DNA from: the human T2T-CHM13v2.0 reference genome, Homo sapiens
Length of the DNA stretch: 64,000 nt
Strand: one strand, 5' to 3'
NCBI RefSeq assembly: GCF_009914755.1
Contig: NC_060932.1
In this document: positions 16,891-30,290 of the stretch, one piece after another
Position numbering within the stretch: position 1 is the first letter of the stretch
Layout: the number at the start of each line of letters is the position of its first letter
The notes under the pieces: generated by a model
The model's input: only the letters and a program-made list of their open reading frames with translations
Database searches by the model: none
Told to the model about the DNA's origin: nothing
Translations under genes and position numbers: made by a program

Positions 16891-19055
16891 CAGTTTTAAC
16901 CTAGTCACTAATTTTCAGTGAAAAACCTAAAAAGTAAGTAATTTTGAACGATTTTATACTAGTATTTTTTGATGAAAACCATTTTATAATTCCTTAGAAA
17001 GAGGTTTTCTCAATTTCTGTTTACTAACAGATCTAAATATATTTAGTTTTACTATGCCATATAGAAATATGATATTAAAGTATATAAATGTGAATTTATG
17101 TTTAACAATTAATGTTTCAGTATTTTAACTTACTTAGAAATGACTCAGACATTTTATGATTAGCTATTACTTAATTTAACATAACACAATCTTAAGACTT
17201 TTAAATTACTGAAAAGAATTAGGAAATTATGAAACAGGTACCCTCTATAATGTCTTCCCCAGTTGTCCTAGGTCCCTAATATTTACATGGCATCCAAAGA
17301 TGGCAATGAAGAGAATGGCTCACCTGGTTCCTGAATTTCCACACCAAGTACAGAGCTCAGAACAGAGGAGAGAGCTGTGAAGAGTATGATTGGAGGATCG
17401 GACCCCTCCCAGCATGGCCAGGAGGAAAAGCTGGGCCAGGGAGAAAGAGGCCATGTTAAGCTTTATTTTGCATTTTAGTTGGTGGTCTAGGCTCTGAGGA
17501 CTTGTCCCCAGACCTCACTGTGGCCATCTGTCCAGATCCCAGATCTACATGCTCAAATCCAAAGACATAAGCTCACAGACAAATTAAGCAAATATTTTAA
17601 AATATCATACAAGCTACAGTTTTATGACCTTAAAATATCTAGCAGAGATAGTATAAACTTGTCTGACCAGCAAACACAGACAAAAATGTCCAAATTATGA
17701 AGCTCTTCCTATTTTATTTTACCAACAATTTTTAAATTATCTTTATTTACCAAAGATTACTAAAATCGTGTGAATTTGAAAAGCATTTGGTCTAGTTATT
17801 TAATTTATGGGTACACTTATGTACAAGCCAGTTTGGTGTTATAGACAACATACAAAAAAAAGATGTGTACACATGTATACACAAAAATACAGGCAGTCAT
17901 AAAGATCTTATAGGTTTAGTTTTAAAACTTTAGCCATGAGTCAGATAAAACTCTCTAGTTTAAAAGGACAGTTGTATTCAAACTGTGTCTTTGTAAATGG
18001 AAAAGGTTAAAGTTTATCTGTTTCATGTGGCTGAAGCCCTTACTGAATTTTAGAGAAACAGGGTAGCAAATTTGCATCTCAAATCAAAGATAGAAAATGT
18101 AATATTTTTAAAGAATGAATTTGGGTATGTTAGAGGAAGGTTAAAAATGAATTTCAAGGTAACACAAAATCATAGGAATTTACCATAGAATTTCATAAGG
18201 AGGCCAATTTCATTTAGATAGGTAGCTTTTAATTTAGTGTCTGTTTTCCAAATGGGCTTAAGGTGGAGCCCATTAAGGAACAGGGTCAACAAAGTATTTG
18301 CAGTTTTTAAAGCTGAATAATTTAAATACGTGAAAAGCAGTCACAGTTGGAAGGCAGAGCAATTAGATTTTTTTAAATCAAGCATTCTAATTTTGCACTG
18401 AATCCTGGATTCTCCCCTCACAAAGAAAGGGAAACACCATGGGACCAGGCCAAGCAATGCTTCTACAGTGCACTGTGCTACAAAGACATTTCTCCAAGGT
18501 TTAAACCTCACCTGTCTCATCTAAACTCCCAAGGAAATGAGTAGTGTCCTGTAGCAATAACCATTTATTGTAAACAATAGCCCTCAGCCACCTCCAAAAC
18601 TGCAGTTCTGCCAGTGACTCTCCAGTCATCACATACACCAAGGTCAAGTTCTCTCTTAGTACAAAGTAATCTCTGGTAGTCCTGAAAGCCAACGAGATCA
18701 GGTAACACAGTACAAAAGACGGCGGTAGGGTATGAGACCTCAGACGAATCTGTCCATGACTCTCTAGACTTTACAGGAAGACAGATGACCCAAAAAAGGG
18801 GTCAGTGGCACCTTTTTCTGTGTTTCTTAAACAGTCTGAGTCATTAGATATCTCTCCCAGATCATTTTATGTGGTACCTAAGATGGCAAAGAGGAAAAAG
18901 GAGTCAGGAAAGAATAGAAGTAAACAATAGAACAATTTTTAAGAAAGAAAGTAAGCAGAGGGAACCAGCAGATAATTAATGAAGGATTTCCATCCACAGG
19001 AAAATAGTAGTCCCCAAAACAGGATCCAAAGAGAAAAAGCAGAAAGGCCTTAATA

Positions 19056-19150
19056 TGTATTATATATATATATATACACACACACACATATATATACACA
19101 CACACTATATATATTAATATATGTATATAATGTGTTTGTGTGTGTGTGTA
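19056..19150. repeat. (TA)n(CA)n(TG)n microsatellite
   Basis: Directly visible. Confidence 0.9.
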
Positions 19151-19267
19151 CTTGAATATCAGCTTTTAGTCAAGCTGACTTCTGACCATAGCATCCTTTT
19201 AAAAAATACATTTTAATAAATCTTTTATTATCAGATTATAGCCAAGAAAAACAGCTGGTGATCTGGC

Positions 19268-19591
<324 letters not shown>

Positions 19592-19678
19592 AAACCTTTT
19601 TTTTTTTTTTTTTACCAAAGGCACTCTCCTGAGTAGCAAAGTCAAAAGTCACAAAAATATTAAACCAAAAGGAGCTAA

Positions 19679-19750
19679 TTCCCTAATCAGGAGTAAAACC
19701 CAGGCCCTGGTGGTAAAAGCACAAAATCATAGCCACTAGACCACAGAGTA
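19679..19750 (-). pseudogene. degenerate tRNA-Glu-derived sequence inside the ERV internal region
   Basis: Minus strand reads ...GTGGTCTAGTGGCTATGATTTTGTGCTTTTACCACCAGGGCCTGGGTTTTACTCCTGATTAGGGAA. Ungapped hand alignment to tRNA-Glu(TTC), recalled from memory, gives about 51/66 matches, with many mismatches at CpGs. Confidence 0.75.
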
Positions 19751-21395
19751 CAAGGCTTTCTTACTTTTGCCTTTTTTTTTTTTGGTTTTTAAATCTTGCT
19801 GGGTATTCAAAGCAGCCTGTTTGAGCATTTAGAGGATTTTAACTTGATTCAGATGTAATCTCAGCAGGAGTGCTGCCTCAGCTCATTCCCTGGATGTTAG
19901 CATTTCAACATCAGCATCAATAATTCGTCTTGGTTTAAAGAAAATGGTCGGATCTACATGTTTATAATCTCAGTACTTTTATTTTCATTCATTTCCCCAT
20001 TTTAGACTATTAGTCTTTTAATTACCTGTTATATCGACCTAAGCAATTGTCAGCTAGGCAACAAAGGTGTATTTTGGAGACCCATCTTGTTCATTGGGTG
20101 GTGTTTTTATTCATTTATTTATTTACTTAAGTTTCTCTTTTTTTATCCCCCATCCCCTCGGTGTTTTCACGGACGGGTTTTTTAGTTGAGCAAAGAATAG
20201 TTTGAGAACCAGGCATTCCCCAGAACCAGAAGTTGCTCACAGCGACTCCAGGACTGGAGTCACTATGTCACAAGAGGAGTTTCAGGGAGGGAGTCAAACA
20301 CCTAGGGAATTCCCTGTGGTGGTGGTGATGGGTATGTACTGTTTACCTCCTGAATGGAGGCAATTGTCTCAGGATTTCTTTTAGAAGTTTTTTTTTCAGT
20401 ACCATTGGAAGTAGGTCTTTAATTATCTGGTTCCAAAACCAGCTTTTTCTTATTGTGCACAAAAATAAATTATTTTAGGTATTTCAAAAGATCCCCAGTT
20501 TTGGCAAGGTTTATTGTTTGACTATTCTATGTTAGGTGGGTCCACTTTCCTAGATATTTACAAGAAGATGTCCATAGTGTTATATATAAATTCAGCTGAT
20601 GTTTAATAGGAGTTGGTCACAGATGAAAAATGAAGCCCAAATTTCAAAAATAGGAAAGTACCTGCAATGTTTTAAAGCATGCTGTGTAAAACCAGACCAC
20701 TGGTGCCTAACTGGCAATCCTTACCCAAACCTCTGCTATAGACAGGGGCAGGAAAACTTTGACCTGAAGACCCTGGTCCTGAGACAGGCTGAAGGAGGCA
20801 GTTCTCTGCAGAGCTCTTTGCCTGAATCATCTGTCTAAAGACAGAGACTGAAGCCCTCATTCGTAAAGGAAAGAGAGAGGGTTTGAAAAACAGCCCAAAT
20901 AAAGTATAGACCTTTGACCAAAGACTGGGAGGTCTGAATTCAGGTGAACTCACCTGAAACACCCAATAGGACTTCTGAAGATGGAATGTTTGTGCTGGTA
21001 CCAAGCCCTGCTTTCAGAGAAAAACACCAGGTGGTCCGGGGGAGTCACTCTGAAATCTGCCAAGTTATGCCAAATATGTCGACCTAAAAGGAAGAAACGA
21101 AAGCAAAATTAATATAAGTAGAGAGTTTATTTGGGCCAAGCTTGAGGATTGCAACCTAGGAGCATGGATTCAAGTTGCCCTGAATAAACACTTTGATTAG
21201 CAGCAGTTAGGAGTGGATTTTTAAAGGGAAGAAAGGGGGATGGGGAGTTAATCTTGACTTCTTAAGAAGTATGTCTACTGACTAAGAAACATTGATTTAA
21301 GAAGTTTAAGTCCAATCTTGCAAAAATCTTTCAATTGTCAATTGTCATCACAAGAGAAATTTTGCCTTGATATCTGACAAAATATATTCTTCTGT

Positions 21396-21657
21396 GGCTG
21401 GATGCAGTGATTTGTGCCTATAATCCCAGCACTTTGGGAGGCTGAGGTAGAAGGATCACTTCAGCCCAGGAGTTCAAGACCAGCTTGGGCAAATAGAGAG
21501 ACCCTGTCTCTACATTTTTTTTTTAATAGCCAGGTGTGATAGCCCAGTTATTCCAGAGGCTGAGGTGGGTGGATGCCTTGAGCTGTGGAGGTCAAGGCTG
21601 CAGTGAACTGTGATCATACAGTGCAGCACTCCAGCCTGGGTGACAGAGAAAAAAAAT
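21396..21657 (+). mobile_element. AluJ
   Basis: GGATCACTTCAGCCCAGGAGTTCAAGACCAGC and GAGGTCAAGGCTGCAGTG. Confidence 0.9.
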
Positions 21658-22038
21658 CAAAGTTAAAAATTTATTCTTGCGTTAGTTTTAAACAAAATGC
21701 AAAATTAAAGCATTTGTAGAGAACTTGTAGCTCTGAGAATATAACTCTTGACTCCAGTTTAAGAAAATGGGTCTACATCATTGCTGTAGCAATTTAATCT
21801 CCTTGTTGGGAAGAACCAGAGTTGTTTGAATTTACTGAGAATTTTGCTTCCAAATAATAATTTTAAGCCACGATTCACACTGTGTCACTGTCCTGCTCAA
21901 AGCGCTTTAGTGATGTCTTATTCCCACCTCCTAAAAAAGTCACAAACTCCTCAGCATGGCAGTTGGGATCTTTCATGACTTGGCCCAAGATTGCTTTTGT
22001 CTACTGTCTATGGATGCATCAGCAATGATGTGTTCTCT

Positions 22039-22341
<303 letters not shown>

Positions 22342-22479
22342 CTCATTTCTAATCATGTGCTGTACTTGCCTTCTTCCATGACTTTTCACCTCTCACTTAG
22401 CATCTGCTTCCAACTGTTTATAAAACTACTCTTGGTGTAAATCAATGTCCAGTTCTAGTATAGTTCCCTTTGTAAAATA

Positions 22480-22732
22480 TTTTTCTTTTAGTATTGGACT
22501 GGAATAAAAGCTGAGCACTAGAATTTTAGAAAGCTTCTTAGGAGATTCTACTGTGCACCCCAAATTGGAAACAAATCCCCTAAAGTGGTTCTTAAAATAT
22601 GATCCCGAGACAAGCATCATCTGTATCATCTGCAGACTTGCTAAAAGCTCTTGGATGGGCCCAGCAGCCTTTGTTTTAATAAACTTGGTGGGTGATTCTT
22701 ATGCACATTCAAATTTCAGAACCATTGCCCTT
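22480..22732. mobile_element. MER5-like DNA transposon fragments
   Basis: GTGGTTCTTAAA, GGTGATTCTTATGCACATTCAAATTTCAGAACCATTG and GGAGATTCTACTGTGCACCCCAAATTGGAAAC. Confidence 0.6.
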
Positions 22733-23653
22733 GGCCAAAATGAATATCAGATCATTCTACTAGTCTTTAAATGTGCTTTATTTATGGTTATTACAGAATT
22801 CAGTGTTCCTCGAAAATGATACAGCTACGTGTACGGATTTCTCATCTTTTTATTCTAGTATAAGCTCTTTGATACATGTACTACGTTTATCTTGGTATCA
22901 CCCATTGTGTTTATCAAAGTATTTTGCCTAAGAATCTCTCCACAAATATATGTGTAGTGCATTAAAGCTTTTAGGTATAACTAGCAGGGAGAAATGGGAA
23001 TGTGACATACCAGTCACACTCCTGTGGATCTTTTATTAAAAAACAGAAATGTAATATATACTCATATCAAACAGACAGCTGACAAGATGTTTTTAATAAT
23101 TATACTTTATTAAGAAAATAGCATGAGCATTAATTACATGATACCCTGTTCTCCTAAGAAAACATTTTAATGTCTCTTTCTTGGAGAAAGCATTTTTAAA
23201 TGTACAATCTCCAGTACAAATTAGGTGCCTTTGTCAGAATTACCTGCTGTATATCCTCCTTGTTGTGTATTAGATTTCCTTTGCACAGGAAGACAATTAT
23301 CTTCCTTTTGACTTTCAATAATGCCTTCTCATTTTGCTTGCTTCTTGGGTAAGGTGTTGATTTCTTCCTTTATTTTTCCTGTTAATCTGTAACCACAAAT
23401 ACTCCTAAATTGCTTTTGGGCAATCTGCTCTTGGTTTTACGGGCCACAAGCCCACACTGACCAATTCTTTATAGGGGCTCTTACTGCCTGTGTTAAAAAG
23501 TCACCCTGAGGTGTCAGTCTTTCCTTAATAACCGAGTGCCTTTTTCACACTTTTACTTCAAACCATTTCATTCTGGAAAGTAATTTGTTTACTTACTAGT
23601 TGGACCTCAGAAGATGACTTTTTTTTTTTTAACTTACAACAAACTCTTTATCA

Positions 23654-24089
23654 TTGTCTTAGAAAGCATTGTTTAGATTATAAGTTTCAGAAACCAAACT
23701 CAAACTGGCATAAGTAAAATACTGACTTGGCTCGTCTAACAGAGATATCCAGGCTGTGGCCACTTCAGGCACAGCTCTATCCAGGGGGATTACAGGTCCT
23801 GAAGATACCATTTCTCTCTCCATCTGCTGAAGTTTCTTTCCTCTGTGTGGCCTTCCTTTTGGGGTAAAGATGGTTCCTACAAACGAGTGTTCTATTCTCA
23901 GAAGAAGAAGAGAAGGTGAAACCACCATTCCTTTCTGAGAGCCCCAGTGAAGGACCTGGGGAGGCAATCAGCCAGACCCAGGCCACGCACCCATTCCTGG
24001 GTGGGCTTGGCACTAGATAACACCAAGGGACTGTCACCAAGAGTGAGGGTCAGAATGCTGGACAAGCAAAGTCAATGAATTTCACTACA
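23654..24089 (-). mobile_element. old MLT1-type LTR
   Basis: AGAAACCAAACTCAAACTGGC, GGCCACTTCAGGCACAGCT..ATCCAGGGG; ends TTCACTACA. Confidence 0.55.
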
Positions 24090-24559
24090 ATTATGGAGTT
24101 TGTTCCAGAGATGTGGAACAAACTCCATAATTGGAGATGGAACAGACGTGGAACAGGCACGCTGTTCCAGAACAGCAAAGAGGTAGAAGTCATTTTATAC
24201 TTAAAAGAAAAAGATAACCACAATACCTACCAAATTTTAAGAACATATTAAGAATCAGTCACAATGTTAGGTGAGTTATATGGATTGTTTGAAAACCCAG
24301 TGAATTCCATATTATTATTTCCATTTTTAAGGGGAATTTAAGGTTACCCAGATAATCAGTGGGAAAATCAGAATTTAAATCAAAGACATTTTCTCTTTAT
24401 TATCCATATTGTTTATACTGTATTAGGCCATCTGAGTCAATGGAGTGAACAGTAGACGGTGAGAACAAATTCTGTGTTACTAACCTTTGGTGTCAGATAT
24501 TATCAGTTGCCCCCAACTGCCCTGATTCCGTTCCATCAGGTATTTATTTATCCAGTCGA

Positions 24560-25020
24560 TGTTCAGGAGATCTTCATTCTTGTGAGAATGAGAAAGACAG
24601 AAAATGAACAAGTAAACAAGTCCATAAACAAAGTCTTTTAGATGGTGGAAAATGCAGTGAAGAAAATATAAAACAAGCTGATCTACTAGGAGGTTAGTAA
24701 TTCAGAGGAGGTGGTTAAGGATGACTTAAATACTAGGTGATATTTGAACATTAGCCTGAATCATAAGGAGACAGCTTTTCTAAAATCTTGGGTAAGATCT
24801 TCCCAGAGCCAGTGAATGGATGCACTCAAGTCATAGGAATAAGCTTGTCATGTTTGAGGAAGACAGAGAAGGCCAGTGGGAGTCCAGCACATTGAGTAGA
24901 AGGGTGTGTGTTGAGAGGGATGGACAGAGCCCCAGTCATGTAGGGCTGTATGTAGGCCATTGTAGGAAGCTGCTATTTTATTGTAAACAGAATGGAGAGG
25001 CCACTGAAGGGTTTTATTGA
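24560..25020. mobile_element. L2 fragment
   Basis: GTGATATTTGAAC..AGCCTGAA, GGCCAGTG and GGAGAGGCCACTGAAGGGTTTT motifs typical of L2 3' regions. Confidence 0.6.
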
Positions 25021-28000
25021 GTTATTGCTGTCCCTTTGTATTTCATGCATCGATTATCAGTAGTCATGAAAATAGTTAAAGTTTGCACAAGGCAGTAGTG
25101 AAGCCGGCCAAGGCCACATGGCTGGCCTGACCATTTTCCCCCGGTCTCCTGTGGAAACACGAACAGAGACAGGCACCTGGAGAGCCTTTGCCACATGCAT
25201 TATAGCCTTCATCCTAGTTGCCTGGAGAAAACCTGGTTTACTTTTTGACCCCAGTGAATAAACTGAGCTAGCAGAAATGCTTAACAGCTGTTTCCACAAT
25301 ATAACCTCCTCCTGGGCCAAGTCAGTTGATTGATTTCTTTCTATTTATTGAAGAGTAACAGCATGTAAAGTGTTTAACTCTGGAATTCTGACGAAGAAAT
25401 TCAGGGGATGGGGCATTTTTATCCCCTCCATTCACCATTCTCACCCTGTTTTGTTTTCTCTTTTCTCTCTTACCTAAGTCTTTCCTTTTTAGTCTCTCTG
25501 GCCATGAGCTATCATCCCTATCAGCCTCATTTTTCCCTGCCCCACTTAAAGGTAATATATCTTTACCAAACCCATTCATTTTAATGTATTCTGCTTATTG
25601 GCAGGAAGCATCAATGCATGGTAAAAGCACAACTGCATTTACATTTACAGATAAAATGTAAATGTGAACAGTGTTCTTCGTGTCAAAGTATTCCTTTCAG
25701 ATTTGAAGGGTTTAGATTATTATGTTTAGAATATTATTTTCAGTATAAAATAGTAAAATGAGATAAAAATCAAAAAGAGAAACAAGTTATATGTTAGCTA
25801 CTGAGATTATTTTTGCATGAAGTGACAACTTTATAATGAATTTTGGGGGCTTATGATTTGGCATATCTGAATGTAAATTCATCATCTTTACTGAAAGGAA
25901 AGAAGAAACTTTTTCAAAGCAAGTATTCTCTGATGGTGTGCCTTCATCAATGAAGAATGGCACATTTTCTTTAAAGAAAGTTTTAAAAGCCAAATATATT
26001 TTATGTAATAAGTAGAAGGAAGATAGATATTTTATTCATGTTAACAAGAAGTGCTACACAAATACTAATCTGAGAACCATGTATTTTGGACAATTTTTTC
26101 AACTGAGAAATGTCTGGCCAGAAGTGTGTTTTCACTGTTCGTATGATAGTGTATCTATGAAATGTGTCACTTCTCACTACTTCTGCAGGAAAAAAAAAAA
26201 ATCGGTAGCTATGCTCCCCTGAAATGCGATGAATATGAAGAATGCCATGGACTTACTGCCATTTCATGTCTTTAAGTACAGCTGAGGAACAGCATGAGAA
26301 AGTGAAGGGACAGTGGGACTTCAGCTTCCATGCCCTGTCTCTGAGTGTCGGCACATCTCCCCATCCCTTTCTCTTTCTTCCCTGAGCCCTCAGCTGTGTG
26401 TCACATCCCTTGTCTGACAACAAACAGTATATAGAAATAGAAGATTTTGTGTTCTATTCATAAGAATCTTGGAAACTACCTGAAACCACAAGAGTATAGC
26501 TTAAAATCTGAGAGCAAGAACAAGAGAGAGAGAAAGAGAGAGGGAGAAAGAGAATATTAATTAGCATGTAAAGAATGCCTTTGTCCTTAAATTTTTTTTA
26601 TTTATAGAGCTACAGCTATTAGAGATATTACGTGATGTGATTTCTTTTTAAATTAACGAGAAACATTCCAGATGCATATTTATCTCCTCTATAGCAGTTT
26701 TATTTTTGTTCTCTCTTTTAGCAGAATTTCATTTTTTAATATCTTAAGATGCATTCATATTTTGCTTTCTTTAGGACTAGCTGTAAATCAAATGTGTATA
26801 TTCATATTCAATTCATTTCTGTGTGCAGACTTGGAAATCAGAGTTGTCATAGTTGTATGTTTTGTTTTATTTGAGAAGTGATTCTCCCCTGGCAGGAGAA
26901 AACAACTAAATCTACAAAGTATTTGAATTAGTTTATAATGCTTGAAAGTTTTGTGGATGTCTTTCCTACACATGAAATTTATGAAAGATCTACCATTTAC
27001 AAAATATGTTATACTCAAATGCCAAATTCTTGCACAAAGTAAAACTAAAGAACTGCGGGTACTTGCATGTATTCAACAAATACTGTGCTCCTGTCAAGTA
27101 CCAAGGACAGCACCTCGTGCCCGAGAGCCTCACAAGAGTTAAATTGCTGCTTGCCAAGAACATTTTGTCTGTAGGTTATGATAAATATTAAACAAAATTT
27201 TAACTAATAATTTATAGCAATATGTGAAACAAATTATGTAGGGGAAGTGTAAAGTGCTATGCATGAGTACAAGAAGATAATCAATCTTAAGCCATTGGGG
27301 ATGTGGTGATGTTTGAAGGTTTCAGGAATGAATTAGAGGAACCAATCTTTAATCTGAGATCTGAAAGAGGAGTTAAGGTTATAGTATTTGGGGGAGAAGG
27401 GATATTTTCTAGCAGAGGGAACAGCATGGAGGGAAAATCCTAAAGGGGAAAGGAGAAATTGTAGTTATGGAAGCTGGGATTCAAGAGGAAGAGGGACCTG
27501 GAACATACTTGTGACCAGAATCAACATATTTTCTTTTACCTTCTTTGCATCCAGCTCTTCCTCAACTCCTTTTAACCCAGCCTTCACCCAGGACATGCTT
27601 CAGCTCCATTTCTATTTGCTCAAATAGTGTGATTATTTACGACTGATTTCAAATGTATCTTCTTGCAGAATGCCTTTAGTTATAGCTTCAGCTGGAATTA
27701 ATCAATCACTCTCTTCTTTAAAACCTAATAACCTCTTTGATTTCATGTGTTTTAATTGGACTTGTTGGTTATTTGTCTGACTTCCTCAATACATATTGAA
27801 GGCAACCATGTCCTAGTTCCTCACTGTGCTTGGTACAAAGTTAGTACCATAAAAATAGTTGAATTGAATTGGAAACCAGATTAGTCATAACACATTGGCC
27901 ATCTTTTCTGTGGTATTATCATTTTATTGAATTTATTCCAGTATCCAGCCTACTTTGTTTTATATCCAAAAAATTCCAGGCCATTTGAAAGGTGCAGATG

Positions 28001-29649
28001 CTGACTCTGTTGGAGACATCTCAAGAAAATTCATCAGCATAGCCAAGGTTCATAAATTTCACATGAGGCAAGATCAGATAAAGTTGAAATTGTAGTGACA
28101 CTTTGAAAACAATATATATCGTCTTAATTTGAAAAATAGTATAATTCTATGAAACCTTGCCACCATTGCTTTACTGAGAATGTGATATAACTGCACGTAC
28201 ATTTATGCATGTAGTATTATGTAACTTACCTGGACTGGACTTATTCTTATTTTAATTCAGACTAATTCATTTGACCTTAAGAAGTTGTAATTATAACTAA
28301 TATCTATTTTACTTTCATGTTAGAAATTTTTAATGCAATTTTTAGGTAAGGGCAACAAATGAGATTAGAATTGTTTACCTATGGGTTTTTTATTTTTGTG
28401 ATAAGTCCTTCGTTGTGATAATATTTTTAAGGATGAATAGATATTCTGGCTGACAAGTAGGAGCAGATGAAATCATCTTCAAAAAGAATTCTTTGAAGAG
28501 AACCTCCTCTGTCTCAAAGCTAATACAAGCTATTGTTTTCACCAAAGCAAAGGGAAGATCAAAGTATTTGTGCTCTGAATTTCCTTTGGAAATAAATGAA
28601 AGTTGGAAGTGTCAAAGGAAAAATAAGCATACCCCAAAAAGATAGTTAGGGAAATATACTCAGTGAGGAAAAATTGTCAGTGCTTATGGAAGCAAGATTG
28701 ATTTTTATTTTTAACTCTGTTGACTTTTCTATCTGATCACAAGGACAATCCATCTTAAAAATATATTCAAGGCATCTTAGTCAAGCTCCTTCAGTGATTT
28801 TTTTCCTATTGCTTTTGCTCAGCTCCTTTTTGCTGACATTTCAGACTTCTTTTGTTTTGTGGATGTACCATGCAGGTGAATGAGTGATTAAAAATTATAC
28901 TTTCAAAGCTTTATCCCTGCACCTGTCAGGAAATTTAGCTTGCAGCCAGAACTTTTGATAGAAAAGCCATGATTTTAACTTAGAAGAAATTAATATGGAT
29001 TTACTGAAACTCATGATTTGTGTAAAGAATAGATCTTTAGATTTATAAAATTAGCTGCCTGGTTAAATGCTGCCCTACCTCCCCCCAACACCAAACTTCA
29101 AGTAGGGGCACAGTTCTCTGTTATGTAGATTCAAGTTTCTGAAATTCTGTCAGTCATTTAGGAAAAGAATCAACACATTTTGGCTTGGCTTGGCTTTTCA
29201 TAATTTTAGTTAGAATGACATCCATTTCACTTTCCTTGGCCAATTCCTACCCATCTTTTCTCACATGCCCCTAAATTTGCCACCACTTTCCCCACTGAGG
29301 TCTTCCTACTCCCCTATATCAGTCTTTTAAAAATAATCCTATTCCATGATTCTATGGTAACACTTAACCCATTATGCTTTATATACTTTTTGTGTCTGTT
29401 TCTCCTTTCACCTTGTCTTTTTTGTTGTTGTTGTTTGTTGCTTGTTGACAAAGCAGCTACTAATAGATGATTATTAATAAATGTTTGTATGTACGTGAAT
29501 GCTCAAAAGCCAGAGCAACCAAACCAGGACACAAGATATAAACAGAGGCAGGTTCTTGACTCACATCATGATGACTTAGCAGACGGGTCTTCCTAGCTCC
29601 TTCCATTCTGTTTTGTGAACTATTCTTTATGGCTTAACAATATTGTGCA

Positions 29650-30290
29650 CCTGTATGCAAGCGCAGGAATGTGCACAGCACTGAGGATACAGAGATGAAC
29701 CGGACAATATGCTCTTGAGAATTTTAAAAGGAAGAGTCAATGAAACCAACAGGTTATTTTGAAATACTCTACCGAACGCCATGGCTGGTGTAACAGGATG
29801 CCTGAGATGCCCGAGGAGCACAGAACAGGAGCATTTAGGAAACACTGAGGAGTCCAGGGACTGGGGGCAGTTCTGACAGATGACTACCGGTGGGCCAGGC
29901 GGAGAGCAGTGGAGAAGCTGTTTCAGAGAGAGAAAACAATACAATCCAAGGCATTGTGGGACTATAATATGTGGGAAGGGGCTGAAAGTGAAGTTGGGGG
30001 ATTGAGGGGCAGGAGCTGGCCACAGAGGACCTCAGATGCCAGCCGAGACACTTCAGCAGAAGCCTGTAAGTGAGGCAACTGGCTTGTGACTTCTAAGTGG
30101 GGCAGGCCGGGGTCGGAGAGGATGCATATTCTACTGTGCACCCTGTGGTACCATTGAGGACAAATTAGGGGTGAGGAGAAGATGAGCCAGAGATACTGGT
30201 TAGGAAACATAAACTATTTCAGGCAAGCGATAATGAGAACCCTAAGTAGATACAAATGGAGATGGAGTGGAAGAAAAAGGCAGAAGGAAC
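29650..30290. mobile_element. L2-like fragment
   Basis: CTGAGGATACAGAGATGAA and TTCAGGCAAGCGATAATGAG motifs; purine-rich. Confidence 0.5.

Noticed and set aside
25636-25664. 11-bp inverted repeat CATTTACATTT / AAATGTAAATG
   Set aside because: Short and AT-rich; plausible by chance.
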